Translations under genes and position numbers: made by a program
Assembly: GCA_050013255.1 (NCBI GenBank)
Contig: JBEKFP010000002.1
Coordinates: forward strand, 608,001-672,000
From: Candidatus Bathyarchaeia archaeon
Lineage (GTDB): Archaea; Thermoproteota; Bathyarchaeia; 40CM-2-53-6
DNA: 64,000 bases
Direction: 5' to 3'
In this document: piece by piece, positions 27,576 through 37,229 of the stretch
Position numbering within the stretch: position 1 is the first letter of the stretch
Layout: each line of letters starts with the position of its first letter
Notes under the pieces: model-generated
The model's database searches: none
The model's input: only the letters and a program-made list of their open reading frames with translations
What the model was told of the DNA's origin: nothing

Positions 27576-27904
27576 CACAGATGGCGAAGCAAAGTTTGTG
27601 GAAGAGTATAGGCCTCTGGATTCTGCAACGAATTACAGCAGTACTCTTAGTACTGTTTCTAGGATTGCACTTATGGGTATCGAACTTTACGACAGATTGG
27701 GCTACAGCTTCACGAGCGCTGATCGACCTCTCATTGCTCGGCCTAGCTCTATTTCACGGACTCAACGGGGTTAGGACCATCGTATTGGATTTCGGCCTTG
27801 GGTCACAGGGGCGGCGGTACTTGTCCGTAAGCCTAGTGATGTTGGGGTTCACGGCATTCCTCTTTGGAGTATACGGCTTCTTACCACTCGTCTTCACGAA
27901 ATGA
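27569..27904 (+). CDS. sdhD: Succinate dehydrogenase membrane anchor subunit
   Basis: WILQRITA..GLH, FHGLNGVRTIVLD. Confidence 0.9.
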   Translation: MVTQMAKQSLWKSIGLWILQRITAVLLVLFLGLHLWVSNFTTDWATASRALIDLSLLGLALFHGLNGVRTIVLDFGLGSQGRRYLSVSLVMLGFTAFLFGVYGFLPLVFTK

Positions 27905-29613
27905 GAGTGCAAAATATGATATCGCATGATGTGATCATCGTTGGCGGTGGCCTCGCAGGCCTACGCGCAGCGATCGAAGCATCTCAATACGCGGACACCG
28001 TCATCTTCAGTCGAGTCCACCCGCTAAGATCACACACCGGGGCCGCCCAAGGCGGGATAAATGCCGCGCTAGGGAACATCGATGCAAACCGCGATGACAG
28101 CTGGGAAAAACATGCATATGACACAATCAAGGGCAGCGACTTCCTAGCCGACCAAGACGCCGTCGAAGAAATGACCAAAAAAGCTCCGCCCCGAATAATT
28201 GAAATGGAACATTGGGGTTGCCCCTTCAGCCGCACCGATGACGGTAAAATTGCTCAGAGACCCTTTGGTGGTGCAGGCTACCCACGAACTTGCTTCGCCG
28301 CCGACAAGACTGGTCATTACCTTTTGGTTACAGCGTATGAGCAAGTCATTCGACGGAACGTGAAAGTGTACGAGGAATGGTTAGTCATCTCCCTTATCGT
28401 TGAGAGCAAGTCTGTCAGAGGCATCGTAGCCCTAGACATCCTGACCGGCAAGCTGGAGGTTTTCATGGCAAAGGCCGTCATCTTGGCCACCGGCGGGGCA
28501 GGTTGGATTTACGGAAAGTCAACCAACTCGATGATCAACACTGGCAGCGGGATGGCTATGGCGTATAGGGCCGGCGTCGCGTTGAAGGACATGGAATTTG
28601 TGCAATTCCACCCTACAGCCCTCTACCCGACATGTATTCTCATTACCGAAGGAGCCCGCGGCGAAGGCGGCTACCTCGTGAACTCACAAGGGGAACGTTT
28701 CATGCAACACTATGCCCCCAAAGCTATGGAGCTCGCCCCACGTGATATTGTCAGCCGTTCGATTCAGAAGGAAATTGAGGAGGGACGCGGAGTAAGCGGC
28801 CTCTACGTTCAGCTGGACATCCGCCACCTCGGAAAGAAGAAGATTCTCGACAACCTCCCAGGGATACGCACCATTGCGATAGACTTTGCAGGCATTGATC
28901 CAATCACGAAACCCATCCCCGTCCAGCCAGCCCAACACTATACAATGGGCGGAGCTGATTGCAATATGAAATGTGAAACCGAAATCAAGGGACTCTACGC
29001 GGCGGGAGAATGTGCCTGCGTCAGCGTCCACGGCGCCAACAGGTTGGGCGGGAACTCACTACTCGAAACCCTTGTCTTCGGAAAAATAGCCGGAGAGGAA
29101 GCTGGAAAATTCGCCAAGAGTACTCCTTTCAACCGGAAGGACGAAAGCGCGTACCAAGAGGCGCTTAGACGAGAACAAGAACACATCTCAACTCTCTTTA
29201 GGGGAAGCGGAAAAGAGGACCCGTCGACTATTCGCGAAGAAATGCGAAACCTGATGGTCGAAAAAGTATTCCTGTTTAGAAGCAAAGAGGGCCTAGAGGA
29301 GGCTACCTCAGCGATAAAGGGCCTGAAGGCGCGGCTGCGCAATCTAAGACCAATAGACGGACACAAGGTCTACAACCTCGACCTGATCCGTGCAATTGAA
29401 CTCGAAGACATGCTGGAGCTTAGTGAAGTAATTGTTGCATCAGCCTTGAACAGAAAAGAATCACGTGGCTCCCACGTGCGCCTCGACTTCCCGCAGCGTG
29501 ACGATATCAACTTCCTAAAGCATACGCTCGCCTACAAGACAAATGAGGGCATCAGAATTGAATTCTCACCCGTGAAGATAACTCGGTACACACCGGAGGA
29601 GAGAAAGTATTGA
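27901..29613 (+). CDS. sdhA: Succinate dehydrogenase flavoprotein
   Basis: GGGLAG, RSHTGAAQGG, QFHPT, EGARGEGG, HGANRLGGNSL. Confidence 0.97.
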   Translation: MRVQNMISHDVIIVGGGLAGLRAAIEASQYADTVIFSRVHPLRSHTGAAQGGINAALGNIDANRDDSWEKHAYDTIKGSDFLADQDAVEEMTKKAPPRIIEMEHWGCPFSRTDDGKIAQRPFGGAGYPRTCFAADKTGHYLLVTAYEQVIRRNVKVYEEWLVISLIVESKSVRGIVALDILTGKLEVFMAKAVILATGGAGWIYGKSTNSMINTGSGMAMAYRAGVALKDMEFVQFHPTALYPTCILITEGARGEGGYLVNSQGERFMQHYAPKAMELAPRDIVSRSIQKEIEEGRGVSGLYVQLDIRHLGKKKILDNLPGIRTIAIDFAGIDPITKPIPVQPAQHYTMGGADCNMKCETEIKGLYAAGECACVSVHGANRLGGNSLLETLVFGKIAGEEAGKFAKSTPFNRKDESAYQEALRREQEHISTLFRGSGKEDPSTIREEMRNLMVEKVFLFRSKEGLEEATSAIKGLKARLRNLRPIDGHKVYNLDLIRAIELEDMLELSEVIVASALNRKESRGSHVRLDFPQRDDINFLKHTLAYKTNEGIRIEFSPVKITRYTPEERKY

Positions 29614-30320
29614 AGCATCAGGATGACACCATCCGCCTAAGAGTTCAACGCTACGATCCAACAAAGGAAGCGGAACCGCACTATGACACCTTCGAGATCC
29701 CAACAAAACCCGGCATGACCGTTCTGGATGCACTCTTCCATGTCCTAGAGAAAAAGGATGGGACACTTTCCTTTCGATATTCGTGTAGAAGCGCGGTGTG
29801 CGGAAGCTGCGCTACCTTCATAAACGGACGGCAGCGGCTTGCCTGCAATGCCCAAATCGCGACGCTAGGGAAACGGATCACAATCGGACCCTTGCCACAT
29901 CTACCGATAATCAACGATTTGGTAGTCGACCTCCACCCCTTCTTCCAAAAGATGGAGATGGTAAAACCGTACTTCGAAGGCCATGAACCGTACCCGGAAA
30001 GGGAATTCCTCCAGTCACCGAAACAAAGGGGAGCGATTGACATAGCCATTGACTGTATTGATTGCGCAGCCTGTTTCTCATCTTGCCCCATGACATGGAC
30101 TGACCCAAGGTATCCCGGCCCTGCAGCACTAGTGAAGGCTGCACGTTTCATTGCGGACAGCAGGGACACTACTAGACATGACCGCTTAAGGTTGGTCGGA
30201 TGCGAAGATGGTCTCTGGCGATGCCACACTGTTTTCAACTGCGCGGAAGCCTGCCCCAAGTCAATTGACCCCCCGCATTTCATCCAATACCTGAAAAGAA
30301 AAGCCTCTCTGCAGCATTAG
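29610..30320 (+). CDS. sdhB: Succinate dehydrogenase iron-sulfur subunit
   Basis: SCRSAVCGSC, CIDCAACFSSCP, CHTVFNCAEACP. Confidence 0.97.
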   Translation: MKHQDDTIRLRVQRYDPTKEAEPHYDTFEIPTKPGMTVLDALFHVLEKKDGTLSFRYSCRSAVCGSCATFINGRQRLACNAQIATLGKRITIGPLPHLPIINDLVVDLHPFFQKMEMVKPYFEGHEPYPEREFLQSPKQRGAIDIAIDCIDCAACFSSCPMTWTDPRYPGPAALVKAARFIADSRDTTRHDRLRLVGCEDGLWRCHTVFNCAEACPKSIDPPHFIQYLKRKASLQH

Positions 30321-30507
30321 GGGAAAGCACAATTGAGAAAACGTCGACATCTGATCGTGTGCACCTGCATCCTTCTGTAGTTCAAACCTTTGACAAACTG
30401 TTGTTGATTGATGCTTTAGTTTTTCATGTGCGCCAATGTACTTCCCGAGGATGGACGGCGGGCGAGCGACTTATTTTCTGGGTTCTACCGAAGCATTCTG
30501 ATTAGCT

Positions 30508-30840
30508 TTGTACAAGGTGAACGTGAACAGTGTTGCGGATGCTCCAGTTACGGAGGAAGGCTCCAAAGGAACGAGAATAAAATGGGTCATAGATGAGAAA
30601 CATGGAGCCCCTACCTTTCTCATGCGCCAGTTCACTCTCGAACCGGGAGGGTTCACACCCTACCACAAACACGATTGGGAACACGAGGTGTACATCCTTG
30701 AAGGGCAAGGCAAGGTTCGATACGAGAACCGTGAAGAGCCGATCAAGGCCGGGGACGCCATCCTTATCCCGCCTGATAAAACACATCAGTTCCAAGCTGG
30801 GACTGTCGGTCTAAAGTTTCTTTGCATGATACCCAAATGA
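30508..30840 (+). CDS. Cupin-domain protein
   Basis: TPYHKHDWEHEVYILEG..GD..IPPDKTHQF. Confidence 0.9.
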   Translation: MYKVNVNSVADAPVTEEGSKGTRIKWVIDEKHGAPTFLMRQFTLEPGGFTPYHKHDWEHEVYILEGQGKVRYENREEPIKAGDAILIPPDKTHQFQAGTVGLKFLCMIPK

Positions 30841-31200
30841 AAAGAGTGAGATCACCTCCACTAGGTCACTAAGTGCAACTTTGACCTCCTATTGTGAACC
30901 CGCAACCCTAGGTTATTTTGGATTCCTTGGTCTATTTTCGCACGTGCTTAGGAGTGGATGATGTATTTTCGTGGGGAGAACATGTTACTTCACGTTTGTG
31001 ATGACGCTTCCGGTAGCGGGTGGGGCTATTTGGGGACCCCCCCATAGGGGGGCACCCGCCCACCTTCTCAGTTTCGTGGTCTTGCGGTCTTCTTCTCTTA
31101 TGGCGTTCGAGTGGATGACACCCAATGATTGAATGTGTACGCTGGCCAATACATTCGGCAATTCCCAACGCCTTGAATTTCACATTGCCTATCCGGACCG

Positions 31201-32481
31201 CTATGGGTTGCTGGAGTCCTTTTGTTTTATTGCAAATACTAGCGCTGCGCTCAAGACCTGCGTTACTGCACTCGCTACAAAAATGTAGGTCGGACCAATG
31301 GCGCTCCACACTAACCCATAAACGAGCGGCCCCATGATTATGCCCAGGTCTTCGCATGAGCCATAGATTCCTACGACGGTGCCGTACATTCTCTTGGGAG
31401 TGACGTCGGGTACAATGGCGAGCAGCAGCGACGTTGCTGAAAGGCCCAGGCCGGCGGCAATGGAGACAAGGAAAATCTGGTAAGCCGTATTCGCGAGGAG
31501 GTAGAGCAAGAAAGAGCCGGAACACAGCAAGAACCCAACGATAATCATGGGCTTTCGGCCAAACCTGTCGGACAACCAACCGAGAAAGAGAATTGCAACC
31601 AATTGAGACGCAGCAACAGTTGAAATGAGCGTCCCAACCTCAACAGTTGACATTCCAAACCGCCCCGAAGCGTATAGGGGTAGAAACGCTCGAACAATGG
31701 AGAACCCCATGAAAGCGAAAATCGCTGAGAGAAAAAGGAATTGCGCCGAACGCCTCCGCAGGGTAGAATTGAGGCCATAAATCATGCTCTTCGACCTTCC
31801 GGCTAATTGGCGACTAGGTGGAAACGACCAAAACACAATGAAAATCAAAAGGACGCTCAGCGCAGATGAGGTGTAGAACGAATACTCGAACGACCAGCTT
31901 TGAGCAATGTACGTTCCGATCAAAGGCCCGATGATCCGGCCGATGGAGGAAAAAACCCACCAACCACTCGCGTAGAGCCCGGCAGATTTCAAGGAAGACT
32001 CCTCCGATACAGACGCCCTAGTCGTAGGCCCAACTACGACTCCAACCGCTCCTGAAAGGAGTTGCAGAACTAAGAAGAAGAAAAAGGAACCATGACGGGT
32101 GTAGAGAATGAAAATTGCACTCATGCACGATAAAGAAAAGATCAGGAGATGCCTTCGATTAGTTCTGTCACTTAGACTGCCCCACACCCATTCGAAAAGA
32201 AACATCCCCAAAGCGAACATAGCAGCCAACGTGCTCCATCCGACGATGCCGATTCCAAGTTTTTCAATGTAGAGAGGCAGGACAGGGCCCGTAAGGGTTA
32301 CAGACAAAGAAACATTCCAGAGAAGCAATGTAACATAAGCTGGAAGCACGCGACGAAAACTCGGATTCAACAAGCGGGATACGCCACCAACCAATACGTG
32401 AGCATCTCGTTCAGAGCCGCAGTCTAGTCCGAGATTCTTTATGGTTACGTCCCATTCCCTTTCGGGACGAAGGACCGACAT
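31201..32481 (-). CDS. MFS transporter
   Basis: About 12 TM segments; GSLSDRTNRR and GWLSDRFGRK motif A. Confidence 0.9.
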   Translation of the reverse strand: MSVLRPEREWDVTIKNLGLDCGSERDAHVLVGGVSRLLNPSFRRVLPAYVTLLLWNVSLSVTLTGPVLPLYIEKLGIGIVGWSTLAAMFALGMFLFEWVWGSLSDRTNRRHLLIFSLSCMSAIFILYTRHGSFFFFLVLQLLSGAVGVVVGPTTRASVSEESSLKSAGLYASGWWVFSSIGRIIGPLIGTYIAQSWSFEYSFYTSSALSVLLIFIVFWSFPPSRQLAGRSKSMIYGLNSTLRRRSAQFLFLSAIFAFMGFSIVRAFLPLYASGRFGMSTVEVGTLISTVAASQLVAILFLGWLSDRFGRKPMIIVGFLLCSGSFLLYLLANTAYQIFLVSIAAGLGLSATSLLLAIVPDVTPKRMYGTVVGIYGSCEDLGIIMGPLVYGLVWSAIGPTYIFVASAVTQVLSAALVFAIKQKDSSNP

Positions 32482-32598
32482 TGCGGATCGCCGCAGATAT
32501 TGACTCCCCTGTAGCCCTCAAGGAATTTAACTGAGAACCGTACCTCGCGAGCAACAACTGAAGTTAGAGGGAACCAACGGAGTTCACAGTTAGGTAAG

Positions 32599-34344
32599 GT
32601 GCATATGATGGTTGATTTCTGCCGGGACTGTGGAGCTTACATCCCATCAGGCTTCACGGAATGCGCAACATGTGACCCGAGGGGTAAACCATTCCTCCGG
32701 TTGAAAGAGATCAATCCAAACCAGCTAACTCCGCAGGACGTGCTAGACTTATTTCCGAGTCGAACCTTTCGCGAACACCAGAAGGAAACCATCACTAAGA
32801 TGGTCGAGGCGTTCACTTCTGGGATAAAGTGCATACTCCTCGTAGCCCCGACGGGCGCTGGGAAATCCTATGTGAATGCTTCCTTCACATCGGCCACCCG
32901 CTCGTTCTACGCAACACCCCAGCTCGCATTAATCGACCAGATCATGCGGGACCCATTATTGGAGAAGCGATTTGTGGAGATCAAGGGCCGGCAGAATTAC
33001 CGATGCTACTATAACCCGAGTAGGGGTGTGCATGTTGGAAAATGTGAGACCGAGCAGTACCCCTGCAACGAACGCTTGGACATCTGCCCGTACTGGATGC
33101 AGAAGATGCGTGCGTTGAAAGCGCCTAGCGTCCTACTGAGCCTCGCTTACCTCATCTCGGAAGGCCAGACTGAGGGCATAAGCGAAACTTACCTAGGAAC
33201 CAGAGCACTAATGGTTTTGGACGAGGCGCACAACTTGGAAGAGCAATGCCTCAACCACATCTCAGTCCGACTATCCCCTTTCTCGATACCCTACGACGTC
33301 TACGATGAAATACTCCCCGCCCTTCGCGAGGTGGGGTCGGACATTGAGCTTGGAAGATTCCTGGAAGGCTTGGAGTCGAAGCTCAGCAGACTCTTGGAAC
33401 AGCTGAAACAGAAATCCGAAACCTCAGGCCTCTCAGTAGTGCAAACCGAGAACAGGGATCTCATTGAGCGATACCTCGCAAGCTACTACCTCTACATGAA
33501 TTCGCGGTCGGAATGGGTCTGGCAGATCAGGAACGACCAACTCCTCCTGCAACCAGTATTCGCGAAGGAGTTCATGAAGCAACTCATCTGGAAGCGAGCG
33601 GAGTACTATGTAATCTCCTCGGCCACCATTCTAGACCCAGAAGAATTCATCGAGCTGACAGGCCTTACAACGATTCTTGAGAAGGACGAGATTTACGTTC
33701 TTCAAGCGCCAAGCACCTTCCCCGTCGAGAACCGCCCAATAATCGACGCAACCGTCGGCCCCCTGTCAAAGCAAGAGTGGGACAAGAACATGCCCCAAGC
33801 CGTGAAGACAATAACGGAGATCCTTCGTAAAGAAAAGGGTAAAGTCGCGATCCATTCCCACAGCTATCGCCATCAACGAGCCCTCGTCGAGCATCTACCC
33901 GCAGACATTAAACCCCGCCTAATCGTACACACGAGCCGTGACCGGGAGGAGAAGCTGCAGGAGTGGATGCACTCCCGAGGAAAAGTATTCGTCTCCGTCG
34001 CCTTCAACGAAGGCCAAGATTGGAAGTACGACCTCTGCGATGCTCAAATCCTTTTGAAAGTTCCCTTCGCGGACCTGAGCGATCGACGAACGAGCCGCCG
34101 GTTGGGGCTTGGACATAGGAGGTGGTATGAGAATCAGGCGATGATGGAGGTCATTCAGGCGTATGGGCGGGCGATTAGAGCCGACGACGACAAGGCAGGG
34201 TTCTACGTGGTGGACGGAAGCTTCCAGAAACTTGTCAGAGACTGTTGGCCATACATACCCGACTGGTTCAAGGAAGCACTACCACCAACCCTCCAACCTC
34301 CGAACCCCTATCATGCTCTAGGTCACGTTTCAGAAAGTACGTAA
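32599..34344 (+). CDS. DinG/Rad3 (XPD-like) SF2 helicase with N-terminal zinc ribbon
   Basis: APTGAGKS, DEAH, SAT, QAYGRAIR; N-terminal CRDC..CATC. Confidence 0.88.
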   Translation: MHMMVDFCRDCGAYIPSGFTECATCDPRGKPFLRLKEINPNQLTPQDVLDLFPSRTFREHQKETITKMVEAFTSGIKCILLVAPTGAGKSYVNASFTSATRSFYATPQLALIDQIMRDPLLEKRFVEIKGRQNYRCYYNPSRGVHVGKCETEQYPCNERLDICPYWMQKMRALKAPSVLLSLAYLISEGQTEGISETYLGTRALMVLDEAHNLEEQCLNHISVRLSPFSIPYDVYDEILPALREVGSDIELGRFLEGLESKLSRLLEQLKQKSETSGLSVVQTENRDLIERYLASYYLYMNSRSEWVWQIRNDQLLLQPVFAKEFMKQLIWKRAEYYVISSATILDPEEFIELTGLTTILEKDEIYVLQAPSTFPVENRPIIDATVGPLSKQEWDKNMPQAVKTITEILRKEKGKVAIHSHSYRHQRALVEHLPADIKPRLIVHTSRDREEKLQEWMHSRGKVFVSVAFNEGQDWKYDLCDAQILLKVPFADLSDRRTSRRLGLGHRRWYENQAMMEVIQAYGRAIRADDDKAGFYVVDGSFQKLVRDCWPYIPDWFKEALPPTLQPPNPYHALGHVSEST

Positions 34345-34384
34345 CATGATTATTTGATCCGCTACATCGAATTGTGCGGACCTT

Positions 34385-35302
34385 CTAAACTAGGAAGAGA
34401 ACTGCAACGCCGATTACTGCGATCATTGCGCCGAGAATCCCTCTCCAACTTGTCCTCTGCCTATAAAGAATCCAGACCACCGGGATAATCATGACTGGCA
34501 TTAGTGAGAGTAGGGTCTGCGCGATACCTACTTCCGCATAGGTTACAGCAACCATGGATAGCGTCACACCCAGGAAAGGCCCCACAACCGCAGCGGCAAG
34601 CGTCTGTCTCATTCCCTCCCTGTTCTTGAAGGCACTACGAAGTTCGGGCAGTCTTCCCGCAGCTATCAGGACGAGCCAAAGGGAGCAGGCTCCTAGAATC
34701 ATGCGCATTAGCGTGGCAGATATTGGGTTCAATGTTGCCGCGGGGTTGAGTTCGATTCCTTTCTTCGCCAGAACCAACCCTACTCCTTGGCCAATTGCAG
34801 CGACGAGGCCAAAGAAAATGCCGTAACTCTTCAGCTTCTTTGACACAGGAGCTTCGCCGGAGTGCTCATCACGTTCTAAGATGACTAAAACGACACCGCC
34901 CAAGGTCAGTGCGATGCCAACTGCGGCGACTGCTGGAATTGTTTCACCGAGCATGACATATCCGCCCAGAGACGCGAATATTGGAGCCAGAGCCATAAGC
35001 AGCAGGGAGCGGCGTGGGCCAAGTATTACGTAGGCGGCGAATAGTCCCGAATCACCAATACCTAACCCGACTATGCCGCTCGCACCTAACCAGAACCATT
35101 GGGGACCGCTAGCCAAAGGTAGAATGGTCCCGAGCAAAACAAATTGAGTGACGAGGAGCAGACCCACCGCTATCACAGTGCGGTACGCGTTCACGCTGAG
35201 CGACCCTATTCGTCTCCCGGCCGCGGTGAAGAACAATGAACTAACGGTCCAAAGGGCTGAAGTGATTACTGCAGCGGTTTCCCCGAGAAAGCTCGAGTTC
35301 AA
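34385..35302 (-). CDS. EamA/DMT-family transporter
   Basis: About ten TM segments, SGIVGLGIGD, LGE, two-fold internal repeat. Confidence 0.88.
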   Translation of the reverse strand: MNSSFLGETAAVITSALWTVSSLFFTAAGRRIGSLSVNAYRTVIAVGLLLVTQFVLLGTILPLASGPQWFWLGASGIVGLGIGDSGLFAAYVILGPRRSLLLMALAPIFASLGGYVMLGETIPAVAAVGIALTLGGVVLVILERDEHSGEAPVSKKLKSYGIFFGLVAAIGQGVGLVLAKKGIELNPAATLNPISATLMRMILGACSLWLVLIAAGRLPELRSAFKNREGMRQTLAAAVVGPFLGVTLSMVAVTYAEVGIAQTLLSLMPVMIIPVVWILYRQRTSWRGILGAMIAVIGVAVLFLV

Positions 35303-35515
35303 TTAGCTCACTGAAGCCCTAGCTTGCACAGCGACATATGCGGTCTTTTTTTGTCTTTGGTTACAGTCTCTCTGTTGGCGTATCAGCAAACTGAAAGGTT
35401 TACAGTTTGTTGCTCTAACTCCGGTCTGTTCGGTCTGCAGATCGGGCAAAAACTCTTTCTGGCTATTATGTTGGCCCTCGGGCGGGATGGTGGACGGTAA
35501 GAAGTCTCGCTGAGC

Positions 35516-35833
35516 TCAGATCTTGAATTGCAAAGCGCCTTCAGCGGTTCCCGTGTAGTGCACTATTTGGGTGACCCGAACTTCGTTTGGGCTCGCTGTT
35601 ATTCTGCCAATTACCCTAGGACCACCGTCAAGGTCGATTAGCGCAACAACGTATGGCGCTCCCTTCTCGAATCCTGTCGGCGGATACCTGATCACAGTGA
35701 ACGTGGCAACCTTGCCTTGCCCCGAGAATGATACTTCTTTGATATCGCTCAGGCAATGTGGGCACGCTTTAGTTGCGAAGAAGTCAGACCAGGTACAGTT
35801 CACGCACTTGTAGCCTCTGATGCCTTCATCCAT
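35516..35833 (-). CDS. DUF35 zinc-ribbon/OB-fold thiolase partner
   Basis: CVNC..CPHC, GKVATFTVIRYPP, PYVVALIDL. Confidence 0.9.
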   Translation of the reverse strand: MDEGIRGYKCVNCTWSDFFATKACPHCLSDIKEVSFSGQGKVATFTVIRYPPTGFEKGAPYVVALIDLDGGPRVIGRITASPNEVRVTQIVHYTGTAEGALQFKI

Positions 35834-35836
35834 ACC

Positions 35837-36991
35837 TTAATCACTTCTCAGTATGTGGACCGCGGCCGTGCCACCAATTCCGCCCACGCTCTGCGACATT
35901 CCCAGGTGGGCTTCGGGGACTTGGCATTTTCCTGCTTTCTTTGACAGTTGGAGAGCGAGTTCTGCGATTTGGTACATTCCACTAGCACCGACAGGATGGC
36001 CTCTTGCCTTTAGCCCTCCGAATGTGTTTGTGGGCATCGGCCCATCCCGCGCACAGACTCCATCCTTTACGAGTTGAGTACCAGAACCTTTCGTTGCAAA
36101 ACCCAAGTCTTCCAACGCCATAATTCCAAGAATTGAGAAGGCATCGTGGACCTCTAAGAGGTCGATTTCTTTGGGCTTCACACCCGCCGCCTCGTACGCC
36201 CGTTGGGCCGCTCTTCTTGAGGCCTCAAAGGTAGTCAAGTCTTGGCGTTGGTAGAGGCTGAGCGTATCAGTCGCAACGGCAGAAGCAGCGATCTTCACTG
36301 GCAAATCCGTGAATTCCTTCGCCTTCTCCACAGTCGTTAACACAAGGGCGGCCGCGCCATCTCCGATCGCTGAGCAATCATACAACCTCAATGGGTCCGC
36401 CACTAACGGGGACTTGAGCACATCTTCGACAGTGATGTTCTTGTGAAATTGAGCCTTAGGGTTGTTGAGGGCGTTTTCGTGGCAGAGGACCGGAAACTGA
36501 GCCAGTAGCTCATGTGGTGTATCGTACTTGCGCATGTATTCTCGGGCAATCATGGCGTTGAGGCCAACGAAAGTGATACCCGTAGCGCCAACCCGGGCTT
36601 TGTCCTCTGCCATCATAAGACCTGATGTCACCTCAGGTGTTGAGTAACCCGACATTTTCTCAACCGCCCCGACCAAGACCACGTCTTCTAACCCCGACAT
36701 TACACTCTTCACGGCGGCATGAGCGGCAACTCCACCCGAGGCGCATGCACCTTCCACCTTGAAACTTGGGACGCCTTCCCTTCCGAGTGCTGTCACCATC
36801 AAAGCGCCCAAATGCTCTTGGTTCTGCAGAAACCCAGACATCATGTTCCCGACGTAAATGGAGTCAATTTTGTCGACCCCCGAATCTTCAATCGCTTCCG
36901 TAGCGGCTTCGACGAATAATTGTGGCAGGCTTTTCCCAGAACCTGCCGTAACCGGCGACATTCCAACCCCAATTATGGCGACATCCCGCAA
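35837..36991 (-). CDS. Acetyl-CoA acetyltransferase (archaeal SCP2-type thiolase)
   Basis: EGACASG, DGAAA, EVHDAF, GGLKARGHPVGASG. Confidence 0.93.
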   Translation of the reverse strand: MRDVAIIGVGMSPVTAGSGKSLPQLFVEAATEAIEDSGVDKIDSIYVGNMMSGFLQNQEHLGALMVTALGREGVPSFKVEGACASGGVAAHAAVKSVMSGLEDVVLVGAVEKMSGYSTPEVTSGLMMAEDKARVGATGITFVGLNAMIAREYMRKYDTPHELLAQFPVLCHENALNNPKAQFHKNITVEDVLKSPLVADPLRLYDCSAIGDGAAALVLTTVEKAKEFTDLPVKIAASAVATDTLSLYQRQDLTTFEASRRAAQRAYEAAGVKPKEIDLLEVHDAFSILGIMALEDLGFATKGSGTQLVKDGVCARDGPMPTNTFGGLKARGHPVGASGMYQIAELALQLSKKAGKCQVPEAHLGMSQSVGGIGGTAAVHILRSD

Positions 36992-37061
36992 AGTTACCTA
37001 CCTATACGTAGAACATCTTGCAGGCTCTATGTTTAATTATTCGCTGGTGGGCAGTTGGTTT

Positions 37062-37188
37062 GGAGTTGGCGGCCATAGCTGAGGGCTAGGACCCGTTCCC
37101 ATTCCGAACACGGAAGTGAATCTCTCAGGCGATTCGGGTAGTAGTGTGTTCCGAAAGGCCATGCGAGCCCCGGACCGCTGCCGACTCC
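37062..37188 (+). rRNA. rrf: 5S rRNA (stand-alone)
   Basis: GGAGTTGGCGGCCATAGC...ACCCGTTCCCATTCCGAACACGGAAGTGAA...CCGCTGCCGACTCC with paired termini. Confidence 0.95.
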
Positions 37189-37229
37189 ATTATTCTTGTG
37201 ACTTGGTTGATTAGCACTGAGTCAAATGA

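Noticed and set aside
30932-31579. 215-aa minus-strand ORF
   Set aside because: Out-of-frame overlap with the MFS gene and Arg/His-rich, non-protein-like composition.
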